A stretch of DNA of 63,256 nucleotides, filler included, from Octopus bimaculoides (lineage: Eukaryota), in the NCBI RefSeq assembly GCF_001194135.2. It is 8 parts of 7 records of this genome, joined end to end, with 100 filler letters (N's around TTAATTAATTAA, not from the genome) between each part and the next. Parts side by side here need not be neighbours in the genome. Positions count along the whole stretch, not along the records: positions 1 to 26,878 come from NC_068986.1; 7 more parts are not named here. One strand, given 5' to 3'. The position numbers were made by a program, and so were the translations under genes. Shown here one piece after another: positions 11,740 through 24,222 of the stretch (position 1 is its first letter; every line of letters begins with the position of its first letter). Under the pieces are notes generated by a model that had not been told where the DNA came from, did no database searches, and saw only the letters and a program-made list of their open reading frames with translations.

Positions 11740-14694
11740 ATGTGTTATGTACAAAACAGAGAATTATATCAGGTAACCAAAATGGCAGCTAGGCGTCAGG
11801 TATACATAGCAAAAGAAGTAGCTAAAGCTAAGAGATTTACAAATGTCCTACAATGTGAGAATTGGAGGTGAGGTGTTCAGGATTGCAAAACAGTGTATCA
11901 GAGAAAATAGAGATATGGTAGGTGAGCAATGTGTGCGAATGGATAATGGTATGTTTGCACTTAGTAACTCAGAGAAGAAAGATGCATAGCAGTGTCACTA
12001 TAAAAGGTTACTAAATGTGGAAAATGAATAGAAGGAGAGTTTACCAAATATCGAACCAATTGAGGGACCAGCCATAACAGTTGATAGCATAGCAGCATAA
12101 TAGATAAGGCAATTAAGGACATGAAGACAGGGAAAGCCCCTGGGCCATCAGGAGATGGCCCTGAGACAATTAAAATTTTTGGTGGCATAGGATACATCTT
12201 AGTCACCCGTAGAATTAATCAGGTTATTTAGAAAGGCACCATCTCCAACGACTGGTGTAGTAGCATTATAGTTTGCTACAAGGGTAAAGGAGATGCCTTA
12301 GATAGAAACAACTACAGAGGTATTAAACTGATAGACCAATGCATGAAAATTACTGAGGGGATTATAGCTCAATTGATTAGAAATAGAATTAAACTAGATG
12401 AGATGCAGTTTGGTTTTGCACCTGGGAAGAGTACCACAGGTGCCATCTTCCTTGTGAGACAGCTGCAGGAAAAGTACTTGACCAAAAGTAAACCATTCTA
12501 ATTAGCTTTGTCAACCAAAAGAAAGCTTTCGACAGAGTTGCCTGCTCTGTTATATGGTGATCTCTAAGGAAGGTAGGAGTAGAGGAGTGGCTTGATAGAG
12601 TTTTCCAAACCATGTACAGTGGTGTTGTCAGTAAGGTGAGAGTTGGCCATGAATACAATGATGAGTTTAGCATTCAGGTAGGGGTTCACCAGGGCTCAGT
12701 TCTCAGCCCACCCTTATTCATTATAGTCCACCAGGACATAACAGAGGAATTCAGAGCTGGATGCTTGTGGGAACTACTATATGCTGATGACCTTGCTCTT
12801 ATTGCAGAATCTTTAGTGGATTTAGAGAAGATATTCTAGGTATGGAAACAAAACCTGGAATCAAAGGGCCTTAAAGTTAACCTAGCAAAGACGAAAGTGG
12901 TTGTTAGTAAGAAAGAAGATAAAACTTTCTTTCCATCAGGTAAATGGCCCTGCTCAATATGGAGGAAAGGAGTCGGAAGAAATTCCATTCGCTGCATCCA
13001 GTGTAAACTATGGACACATAAGAGGTGCAGTGAAATCACAGATAGATTAACAGATAAAGTAGTCTTTGTATGTGGCAGATGTGCAGGAACAATAAGCACT
13101 AAGAGCACATGGGAATTAGATTCTGTCAAATGCCCAGGAGGCTCTCTTGAGATTGTGGATTGTTTCTGTTACCTAGGTGACCAAATTAGCAATGGTGGAG
13201 GATGCTCTGAAAGTATTGTTTCTAGAATAAGAATTGGGTGGAGGAAGTTCAGAGAGCTATTACCTCTGTTGGCAACAACAGGATTCTTGTGTACAAATGG
13301 CTGTACTTCATAGTAGTGAGACATGGGCGCTGAATGCAGAAGACATGTGTAGACTGGAGAGAAACAAAGGTAGTATGCTCTGTTGGATGTGCAACATCAG
13401 TGCACATGTACAACAAAGTACAAATATATTGAGAGAAAAGTTGGGCATAAGAGGAATCAAATGTAGCATGCAAGAGAGAAGACTATGTTGGTTTGGGCAT
13501 GTGATGCATATGAATGAAGACAGCTGCATAAAGAAGTGCCAATCACTGAAAGTGGATGATACCTGTGGAAGAGGGAGACCCAGGAAAGCATGGGATGAAG
13601 TGGTAAGGACCAATCTCAGGAAGTTGCACCTCATGGAGGAAATGACAATGGACCAAAATGTCTGGTGATATGAAGTTCTTGAGAAGACCTGCCCACATCA
13701 GTGAAACTGAGTTCTAGAAGCACTATGTGTCACACCCACACTTAACAAGAAAATTTCTCACACTCTCTACCACAACAAACCAAACAATGTCTCTACATCT
13801 CTTTCTCACATTTCTGCTTCATGTACTATGCTTACCTCTCACTCCCTAATCCTGTTCTCTTGGCCCTGTATCATTGCTCTCAGCTTGCCCCTGACCTGTG
13901 TATTCTATCCACATACTCTGTTTCACTCTATTATCTGCTAGCCCCTGAACTGGATGTTCCATCCACATGTAACAAGAAAACTTTTCCCTCACCCTACCCC
14001 AACAAACCAATCTACATCTCTTTCTCACATTTCCTCCTCTATGCACTATACCTAGTTCTCACTCCCCAATCCTATCCTCATAACCCTGTTCCCCTGTATC
14101 ATTGCTATCTGGTAGCCCCTCCAACTCTATATATACCCAGGTCTTTTGCCACTTACTCACATTCTTTAATCTCACTCCCTTTGCAATATCTTGCACTTAT
14201 ATTATGGTATTGAACCTCAAGGGTATGCCCTGGCACTTGCTACCATCTATATCTCTCTTTTCCTTTACTTAACCATCTCATTTATATTCTGATCCCCATT
14301 CCTTGTGAATATGCCTGGCATTTTGCCACCATCTCTATCCTGCTGCCTCCCACTTTCTCTCTCCTTTTCCTGCACTTCCCTCAGGTTGGCAACCATGTAT
14401 TTTCTTTGCAGTAGCACACCTGTCTTCATTCCTGATCTTTATCTCTCCAGCCAGGTAACCTTGTACTTCCTCCACAGCAAGACACTTGCATTTGCCTCAC
14501 TATATCCTTTTCATCATCACCTCCTCCAATGCCTCCTCCCCTCTGTTAGGAAGGGCATCCAACTGTAAAAATCCTACCAAAACAGTCACAGAAGTCCAGT
14601 GCAGACTTCGGCCTGGCCGACTCTTGTGGAAGTGTCCCACCCATGCTAGCATGGAAGACGGATGTTAAACAATGATGATGATGGTGATGATGAC
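11740..14694 (+). mobile_element. 5'-truncated RTE-like LINE (copy 2): RT pseudogene with internal PHD finger, about 1 kb 3' UTR, (GAT)n tail
   Basis: KAPGPSG, NYRGIKL, QFGFAPGKSTTGAIF, GVHQGSVLSPPLF, LLYADDL, FCYLG and GRGRPRKAW motifs, with stops and frameshifts. Confidence 0.92.
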
Positions 14695-14984
14695 TGATTA
14701 AAGTCATAAAACCAAAGCTGAGCAGTATCCCTTAAAAAGGCATTTGTGGATTAGTTTTTAAGACATTCAGATTTATAATTTAGACTTGAGCAATTATTTC
14801 CACTGAAAAAAAAAATAAATAAAGTAAGAAAATTTCAAACCTTAAGTATTTTTTAAAAATTGTATCAAGGACAACCATGTTCCGAGAAACAACTTGCAAA
14901 TAGTATTATGAAATGATCAAAAACAGAAAGTTTGGCAGGGAAAATTTCTACATATAATATGACTACCATAATGTTTGAGAAACA

Positions 14985-15620
14985 CTATAGTGTTGATGAC
15001 AAAGTATGAAGAAAGAAATATTGTCTTGAAAAAAGAAGAAATGGAGAGATAAAATAAAAGGAGAGGAGAATTCAAGAGAGAAGAGAAAATGAAACAAAAA
15101 GAGGGAAAAAACAAAAAGAAAGAAAAGGAAAACGAAAAAGAAAAAAGCAGAAAGAAAAGATGGAAAGAAAAGTAAAAATAAAAGGAAACAAAAATGAGAA
15201 AGAGAAAAGGAAAAAGAAAATAGAATGGAAATTAGAGAAAGATTAAAGAAAAATTAGAGAAAAATATTAAAGATAGAAAGAAAAGAGAAAAAGTAAAGAG
15301 ACAGAAAAATAAAGGACGGAATAACAATAAGAACAAAGGAATGAAATAAAAGAAACAAAAGAGGAATGAAAAGAAAAGAAAGAAAAGTCAAACAAAACAA
15401 GAAGATTAAAAGAATTGAAAGAATGAAATAAACAAAGAAAATATAAAACAAAAAGAAATGGGATAGAAAGAGAGAGACAGGAAAAAGCAAGAAAGAAAAA
15501 GGAAAAAGGTGAGAAAGAAAGAAGTAAAAACAACCAAAAGAATGAAAGAGAAAAAGATGAAGGAAAGAAACACAAGAAAAAAAAAAGGGAAATAGAAAAT
15601 AAATGTAAAAAATAATACAG
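14985..15620. repeat. Low-complexity polypurine (A/G) tract of about 630 bp
   Basis: Almost exclusively A and G on the + strand. Confidence 0.9.
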
Positions 15621-15959
15621 TGAAATCCAAGATTCTGAATTCAGAACTTTTTCTGGTTGTATTTTATGAATTAATAACCATATGTAAAGAATGATCTTGC
15701 TTTAATTCCAAGACAAAACAGGAGTAAAGATGTTAAATATGATATTTATATTACTTTTACTCCAAATGTTTTTATTATTTACAATCATTCTCATAGAACT
15801 TATCATGTACCAAAACAGACAGACTTAAATCAATTTACTTTTGTAAAATGTAATCACTGCTACAGTGAAACAATAGATGCAAATTTACTGAGACACAAAC
15901 GTAAAAGACACACATGTATATGTGTGTGTGTGTTTAAATAGAATTTCAACAATGCACTC

Positions 15960-18125
15960 AGTTATCTTCCTTTCCAAGTGAAATTTGAAAAAGATGATGA
16001 GGAATTGGCCGAAGAGAACAGAGTCTATCTTCAGTCCTTTCAACCTGGTTCACCAGACAACCCCTTTCACTACTGCTATCAGACAGGAAAATTGCCAGCC
16101 CTTCCAGACTGATGGAAGATGGTGGATCGATCTTCACTATGGACTTGACTGATAGCCAGATCTGTCCTACACATAATAACAGTTGTTCAACATAACTCCA
16201 CAAGTCAGTAATGCAAGGACACTGGATGAGTGCATGCAGAATGGTTTTGTCACTTTGCATGCATCTCGGTAGATCCCTCTGACAGCACTCCTGTGCTTGT
16301 AGAGTTTATCTCGAACCGGCAGTGCCCCCTGATAGCACTGCCAAGCTAGAGATTTCTGGAAGTTATCCATCATCCCCAGCTCAAAAGTCCTCCTGAACAG
16401 ACTGGTCAGTTTGACTTCATCAACACCTAGGGTCTCTCCAAGTGTGTCATCACTCTTTCTCTCCACTAACCCTCTATAGAACACACGAGTGGATGTTCCA
16501 CTGATCACATTGCCTGACTTGTAGAGGGCAGTGAGTGCCTGGCAACATTCCAGATGCCAGTCACCCTGCCTCAGTCTCTTCTTGACCCAGGACTGCAGCT
16601 CAGTCAAGGAGATGAGCTATGGAAAGGCCTGTTTGACAAACATCACTGTTCATCATTTAAGCAGAATATCTGGAGATGCTGCAGCCTCAGTGCATGTCTG
16701 TGCACCATTAGTCACAGCATGCCCATTAGTCACAGCATTTGTCACAGCATAGAGGGTGTTGGCAGCAGATGGACTGCCTCACCAATAGAACCTGTCCCCT
16801 CCACAAGAATTTCAAGAGGAGGCACTCCAACTGCAATCGGGGGAAAGGCACAATGGTCAAGCAGTAGTAGATGACAGATGTGGTGTACGCATTTTCCACC
16901 TCTGCCCGAACTTTTAGTGATAGCTTCCTCAGCCCATTTCTGGGTGAGACTGGCTACCCTGTTCATCACCTCATCCCAATTCTTATCCACCTGGAGATCT
17001 TGTCCAAACCAAACCCCAAGAAACTTTACTGGTCTGTCCATCCAGTGCCCAACAACACTGTTGGACAGCATGGACTTGCCTCTCCAGGTGCCAAGCTCCA
17101 AACCCACCAACTTTTCCGGGTTAAGTTTTGCTCCCATTAACTTTTTATATTCCTCCAATGATGTGCTGACCACCTTGATTTCTGAGGTGTCCGACACCAT
17201 TATGGTGATGTCATCTGCATATGCCGACAAGCACTTCAGCAACCTGGTTTGAGCAGGATACCCTGCAGCAGCTCCAGCTTCCACAGTCAAGGCACCCTTG
17301 ACGGACTGATCGGGAGATCTGAAATGGTTCCGAGAGGTGGTCATTAACTTTGACCACCGAGCAGATGCCACTGAGCATTGCAGTGATCCAACCTTTGAAG
17401 CCACTTTGAGGACAGCCTCTAGATATTGATGGTCAACCCTAGCAAATGCTTTCGATTGATCTAAATTGATCAGCGCCCCAGCAAAGCCAGGTTTACACTC
17501 TACCTTTTCTATGATGTATCACATGAGGTGGAGGTTGCCGTGTATGGATCTAGTTGGGATTGCACAGGTTTGTGCCTCCCCAACTAAATCCTCGATGACA
17601 AACACCAACCTCTTTGCTAATACCATGACCAAAATCTTAAACTCTATGTTAAGCAGAGTTATGGACCTGAAGTTATCTAATGTTTTCCCCTTTCCTCTTG
17701 TTTTCATCTTTCCTTATCAGCTTCACCACACCCCGGCTCACAGAACTAGGAATATTCCTGTTCTGCTGCCATTTGCAGAAGAGCACTTTGAGGAGATTGG
17801 AAAGCAAGTCTGGCATATTTACATAAAATTCACAGGGCAGACCATCTAAACCAGGTGACTTGCACCTCATGCAACTGACAAGGGCATCCTGAATTTCGGC
17901 TGAAGTTATTTGCCTTTCACAGCACTCAGCACTGGCTGTCAAGAGACATGGCAAGCCTTCAAGGTAAGGACTGAAGTCCACCAACATCTCCACCCCACCA
18001 CTCTCTCTGAACAACCAAGCAAAGTGCTGGCAAATGACCTCATATATCTGCCTGGAATCGCTGAGCATGTATCCATCTCAGTCCGTCAAAGACCAAATTG
18101 TGGTTTTGTTACCATGCTGCACCTC
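15960..18125 (-). mobile_element. Degraded Tx1/L1-like LINE ORF2 fragment (RT plus C-terminal zinc-finger region)
   Basis: KSPGLDGLPCEFY, NFRSITLLNIEFKIL..VLAKRL, AQTCAIPTRSIHGNL, SAYADDIT and FQKSLAWQCYQGALPVRDKL motifs spread over shifting frames. Confidence 0.88.
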
Positions 18126-18689
18126 CACCAGCGGCATTTTGTCCATCCTTACATTCCGAGTTCAAATTCTGCCAAGGGTGACTTTGTCTTTCGTCCTTTT
18201 AAGGTTGATGAATTTAGTACTACTTGAGCATTGGGGTTGTTGTAATCAGCTTAACTCCTTCCTTGAAATTGCTAGCCTTGTGTCAAACTTTGAAACCCTT
18301 GCTATTGCTGTTAATGTTATTACTTTAATAATTCATTTAGATTATTATTATTAGTGTTATTATCCCTGTATGATAGATAAATTAAATTTCCAGATGAACA
18401 TAATAAATTCAGCCTCAATTTAATGATTCTAAATGTATCAGATTTATGGATAATAAAAATTGATTGCATAAGAGACAAATTTTATGGTATAACCCTTCTT
18501 ATACAAATATATTTCTCTTCATAGTCTGACTTGATCTTGCAGATAAAAGGCTTGATATTGCCTTATGAAATAGTTCAGCTATGCAATGATGTAAAATTCC
18601 ATAATACTATGTAATTATTGAATAGATGACTATGCTATAGAAATATGTGTGGCAATGTTCTGAGCTAACTGTATTTTTTCTTTCCAGAT

Positions 18690-19388
18690 AAACCTACATT
18701 GGATACAGAATTGAGGATTTGGAAAAGTGGTACTAAAGACATTTTGTGAAAATGAATAAAATTTGGCACCATGGTGTTATCAAATATCTGCAGAAAAAGG
18801 GATTAGCCCCCATGGATATTCATGCTGACATGGTTTCTACATTAGGGCATGATGCTCTAGCTTTATCAACTGTGCAAAAGTGGGCAGTTGAATTCAAGAG
18901 GGGTAGGGAGAGTCTTGAAGATGACCCAAGGTCCAGATGTCCTGCCACAGCCACCACACAAAAAAACATCAACTGTGTTCATTGCATGGTGATGGATGAC
19001 AGATGTTTAAATGTTAATCAGACAAAGGGGGTCCTGCATCACCAGGATAATGCTCCTGCACACAAGTGTGTGGTTGCAATGGCTACTGTGCACAATTGCG
19101 GCTTTGAACTGGTTGATCACCCTCCATATTCTCCTGATTTGGCACCATCTGACTATTTTTGTGTTCCTCAACATGAAAAAACACTTGGCTGGGAAGCCGT
19201 ATTTGCTGTTGATGACATTTTTGAGGGTCAGGATGAGAGCTTCTATACCTTGGGAATCCAAGTACTGCAACACTGATGGAAGAAGTGTATGGAAAACAAG
19301 GGAGACTATGTTGAAAAATAAAACACATTTGGTCAAGTTCAACCATTGTGTTGTGGTCAGCCTATGAACTTTTCAGCCCACCCTCATA
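18690..19388 (+). mobile_element. Internally deleted mariner transposon
   Basis: The HTH region (VQKWAVEFKRGRESLEDDPRS) is fused directly to HQDNAPAH...HPPYSPDLAPSDYF, so the first catalytic D region is missing. The 3' end ctatgaacttttcagcccaccctcaTA resembles a TIR. No 5' TIR was seen. Confidence 0.88.
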
Positions 19389-19399
19389 TATATATATCT

Positions 19400-21258
19400 T
19401 TTATCTTTTACTTGTTTCACTCATTAGATTGCAGCATTGCTGGGGCACCACCTTGAAGAATTTTTAGTCTAATGTATCAACCACAGTACTTTTTTTTAAA
19501 AGCTGGTACTTATTCTATCAGTCTGTTTTGCTGAACTGTTAAGTTACAGGCACATAAGCACACCAGCACTGGTTGTCAAGCAGTGGTGGGAGACCAACAT
19601 ATACACAAAGAAACACACTCATATATACAGTATATCGTAGAAGTTTGTACACCCCTAAAAAATTTCAGTAAAATTGCCATTATTCTGATAATATCAAAGG
19701 AAATCAAACAAAATTTATACTAAATAAAATATATTATACATGCAAACATTATACAAATTTGGAACACAAAACAATAAACATCTTCAAAGATAAGAATGAA
19801 ATATTAATTTTCAAACGATACAAAAATATGTACACCCTAAAGGATTATTTGCTATATTCAATATTTGGTGTGACCGCCCTCGCTTTCAATGACTACATTA
19901 AGTCTTCTGGGTATAGAGTCAAGTAAATTTCCTCATATAACCGATGAAATCACCCTCCATTCATCGTGAATGATGTCTTTCAACTGTGTTATATTGCGGG
20001 GGGTTTTCTTCAACAGTGTTTCTTTTCAAAACACCCCACAAATGCTCTATTGGGTTTAAATCAAGTGACATGATAGGCCAAGGCAATACCTTTTCCTTTT
20101 TATCTGATAAAAACTTAGTCATCATCTTTGAAGTGTGTTTAAGGTCATTATCATGTTGGAACATGAAATGTATTCCTAGTTCCTTGATGCTTTTTAACAT
20201 TGTTTTCTGCAATATGTCACAATAAAGCCTCAAATCTATTGTTCTCTCAAAAAATGTGAGTCCTCCCACACCAGCCACACTCATTCATCCCCAAAGCATA
20301 ACACTTCCACTGCCATATTTCACGGTTGGCATGGTGCATTTGTCACTATTATCTTCACCTGGTTGCCACCATACTCATTTAATACCATCTGACCCAAACA
20401 ATTGATTTTAGTCTCGCCAGAAAAATACATTTTATTCCAAAACTCCTTCCCTTTACATAAGTTTTGGCAAAAGAAAGATGACTTGATTTATACTTGGTAG
20501 TATGGAGAGGCTCCCAACAAGGAATGCATCCATGAAGACCACACTGGTTCAAACTTTGGTGAACTGTTTGGGTGGATACACTCTTTCTACTAATAGAAGA
20601 CACTTCTTGGGCCAAAGATGAATTGGTACAACACCTATCATCCATCATGCAATGCTGGATGTGGTGAATATCATACACAGTCAAAATAGAAGGACGACCT
20701 GGATGATGTTTATTGCTTAGCCATACAATAGCTTTAAACTTCTGAATTACTTTGGCAACTGTGTTTACTCTAATATGTTTGCTAATTAACTTGTATCCTA
20801 AACCATTCTTGTGCAAATTAGAAATGATTTTCTTCAAATCTTCAGACAATTCTTTTCTTTCTGGTGCCATTTTAATCACAATGAACAAGATTTTCACCAC
20901 AGTTCACTAATCAGAATTCCTGCAGATGCAATAACAATGACAAGTGCTAAAATGCCAGGAGAACTAATTTATTAGAATTGAAATTATCAGCAATATCTGA
21001 ATTTAGTAAAAAAAATGTGGATAAAATATTGAATATAGCAAATTTCCTTTAGGGAGTACATATTTTTGTAACATTTGAAAATTAATATTTCATTCTTATC
21101 TTTGAAAATGTTTATTGTTTTGTGTTCCAAATTTGTATAATGTTTGCATGTATAATATATTTCATTCAGTATAAATTTTGTTTGATTCCCTTTGATATTA
21201 TCAGAGTAATGGCAATTTTACTGGAATTTTTTAGGGGTGTACATACTTCTGTGAGATA

Positions 21259-21304
<46 letters not shown>

Positions 21305-21450
21305 GGCTTCTTTCAGTTTCTGTTTGCCAAATCCACTCATAAAGCTTTGGTTGGCCTGAGGCTATAGAACAGACATTTGCCCAAGGTGCCACACAGTGGA
21401 ACTGAACTCTGAACAATGTGGCTTGGAAGCAAGCTTCTTACTACACACCT
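19400..21450 (-). mobile_element. Family A SINE interrupted by the Tc1 insertion (pieces at 19400-19627 and 21300-21450)
   Basis: The two halves join to give the same arrangement as the copy at 2452-2825. Confidence 0.75.
19628..21261 (-). mobile_element. Full-length (1634 bp) Tc1-family DNA transposon with about 235-bp IR/DR-type TIRs and TA target; transposase pseudogene
   Basis: TA|CAGTATATCGTAGAAGTTTGTACACCCC...GGGGTGTACATACTTCTGTGAGATACTG|TA. The TGTACACCC motif is repeated within each TIR. Protein pieces: MAPERKELSEDLKK..., GRPSIL, FQHDNDLKHTS, SLDLNPIEHLW. Confidence 0.93.
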
Positions 21451-21683
21451 AGTTATATAATTAATAATTTTAATTTGGGGGATACTCCTTGTAGTCTGCT
21501 GTTTAAAGCTTGTACATTGTATTTGGCTACCTGATGTTATCAAGAGTATGGATTTAAATGTGAGTGGATTAACTTAAGAAATTCCTTTGTGTCAATAGAG
21601 TTTATAAAATATGAGAGAAAGAAAATGGTATTCATGAAACTCTTTATTATTCCCTATAATCGTTTCAATCCACCGTGCACCAG

Positions 21684-21749
21684 TGCCTCACATGTGAGAT
21701 GCTGTACAAACAGTTGTGGTGCATCATACATGCAGATGTGTCTCATCAG
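21684..21749 (+). other. Candidate 66-nt internal exon of an unidentified gene
   Basis: A 60-nt AG-free, pyrimidine-rich stretch precedes CAG (21681-83), and the donor CAG|GTGAGT is a perfect consensus. Two frames are open (CLTCEMLYKQLWCIIHADVSHQ or ASHVRCCTNSCGASYMQMCLI). No homology recognised. Confidence 0.35.
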
Positions 21750-22229
21750 GTGAGTTGTCAACAGGTACCTTGCATTTTAATCTCTGTTTCACGTATTTCA
21801 GTTATAATATATTTTGGTAGTAGTTGTTCACTACTCTGCATCTATGATGCACCACAGCTGTATGTATGTATTTACTGAGTTAAAACACACTGGTAAATAT
21901 ATAGAAAATATAAATCCTCTCCCTGAGAGAAGCATGATAATCTCTTTCATGTGACCAGTGTGGTCATGTCTGCTTCTCAAAAGCAGACTTATTTAGCCAC
22001 AACTGTAGTTATAGAAATACACTATTTATCTGGCATGATCTCTCATGCACTTTATGTAACAGTATATAGGTCAGCCAATGGACACATTTGACATTATAGA
22101 TCTGAAGATCAAGACAGTCAGGTTGTTACTGGAACACTAACTTGTAATCCATGTAGAATGACTTGCAAGTTCCTTGCAGGCCTTAAGGAAACCAAATGTA
22201 AAGAGTTTCTTACAATGAAATGAGTTTAA

Positions 22230-22449
22230 CCCTTTAGCATTAATATTATTCTGTCAAATGTAATGCTTATTTATTCACATTGTTTTGAATTAATCATGTA
22301 TTATCTTGTAGCTTCAAGAGTTTGATGATGTGGTAGTTTATTTTTAGAATGACATTGTAGAGTAGCTGTGCAGGGTCAGATTTGACTAGTTTGAACATAA
22401 AGTATGTACTAAATTTTGACTGGATATGACCAGTTTAAATGATAAAGGG
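22230..22449. mobile_element. piggyBac-like MITE (220 bp) with TTAA target-site duplication
   Basis: TTAA|CCCTTTAGCATT...AATGATAAAGGG|TTAA, an 11/12 TIR match. Confidence 0.8.
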
Positions 22450-24121
22450 TTAAGAAGTGGTTTAAATCACAAGTCAATATCCATCATGCATGCATGCATA
22501 AGATTAATATTGCCCTTCATTTATGCAAGGGAATATTTGATTAAATATAAGAGGTTTAGCCAAATCTATATCAAGTCCCTTGTGGATTCTAACAACCCTT
22601 TGAAACTGTGGGTAAAAAGATACATTTGTTTTTCTAAGAACCTAATAAAAAAGAATAAGCTGAGATTTCAGTTTTTTTTATTAATCATCTTCGGAGAGAT
22701 GTCATTTATATTTCATGGCAGTGTTGCTGTAGTAGTTTGGTCCCAGGTCAGTCATGATTAAGCAGAGCTATGATCAAAAGCATTCGAGTTGTGACAATCC
22801 TGCTTTTTAATAATATCCAAAATTACAGTGTTCACTGTATCTTCCATTATTTAAGGTAACAGGCTTGAGAAGGATTTAGTTCTTGTTTCTAGCAGCTAGA
22901 ATGACATATAAAGGTTCCCTCATTGGCTCTCATAGGTTGAATGAACATAAGGGGAAAAGGCAATCACCGTTTAATGATTATGCTGTTGTCAGTGTGGCTG
23001 GTTTTGGGTATAAGTGAAAAATGTTTTGATTGGATGTTAGGGAGAAAGCATTTAAAATCTTAGTTCAAAGTATGTGAGCATATGATGCTAGGCTGGAAGA
23101 ATGTTATGTTGTATGTAGTATGTGGTCATGCACATTTTCAGATTTATGTGTTATATATATATATATAAACACATTTATACTTAGCACTTTTACTACACCT
23201 CCCCTCATGAAGATGCTTGTTTAAAAATGTAAAAGACTTACCAAATAAAGGATTTCTCCAGCTTCTTGAATGCACTCTATAGGTTTATTGCTTTCATCCA
23301 AAGTTGGGTAAATTGTATCAAACCATTCCAGAATTGTAAAGCCAAATGGAATTCCTTTAGAATTACAAGACAAACAAAAGTTTTAATTTATTAGTATTTT
23401 CAAGTAAAAGGCTTTAATCTTTAGTCTGTAGACACACCAAACTAATAAATTAAATTTAGAAAAAGTGATTCCCACATGTTCACTTTAAATTTCTCCTATG
23501 CAACTTTTATCTTCACTGTTATTAGTATTTTATTTGTTTGGGCAAATGTCTTGGACATGTGTGACTAAATATACATATATACATACATGTATACATGAAT
23601 ACATACAAGAATATATATATGTATTAATAGATACACACAAATACATTCATTAAAAAAATTGAAGAAACAGATAGAGGTGACACAGATAGCCAAGAACCCT
23701 ACAGTCATGTTGGGTACAACCTCTCTAGTACCAGTGACAAACTGAAATATGCCCAGTTCATGATTTAAAGTTATTGGTGATAAGAAATAACTATGTCAAA
23801 AACAAACAAGCAACAGAAGTGATGTAAAGGAGAGAGGAGATTCTAGTCTTGTCAGAGATAACTTCTCTAGTGTCAGTGACAAGGTAAAATACAGCCTGTC
23901 TGTGTTGTAGGGAATTAGTAATAATGGTACACCCCTCCCACATGATGAGTGGAATGATCCAGTCACTATAAGTAAGGTGATGTTGGCCAGTATCAATAGA
24001 GTACAAGGAGTATGAGAGTACGTGTGGACTGTGTTGATGGTCATGTCCGTGCTAATATAGTGATTATGCTGTGATAATGATCCAACTCTTTGAGGATAAT
24101 AACACTGTATGACTGGGGGGA

Positions 24122-24222
24122 TGTAAATAGAAACATTCTATTGACGACTTCGGAATATAACAATATCTGTCAGAGTGACAACCATCATACAAGGATAGAT
24201 GGCAAATTACTGCTTTATAACA
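24122..24222 (+). mobile_element. Putative short LTR (TG...CA) followed by the PBS-like sequence TGGCAATGAGGA
   Basis: TGTAAATAG...TTATAACA-G-TGGCAATGAGGA, directly upstream of gag. A purine run GGGGGGA immediately precedes the TG. Confidence 0.5.

Noticed and set aside
15254-15630. Hydrophobic F/L-rich 'membrane protein' ORFs (also 14917-15114 and 37245-37760)
   Set aside because: They are translations of the polypyrimidine strand of low-complexity DNA.
15797-18486. Possible exon chain 15797-15900, 18394-18486, 21684-21749 on +
   Set aside because: The first two are phase-compatible but have weak donors. The third has a stop in the required phase, and the joined peptide resembles nothing I know.
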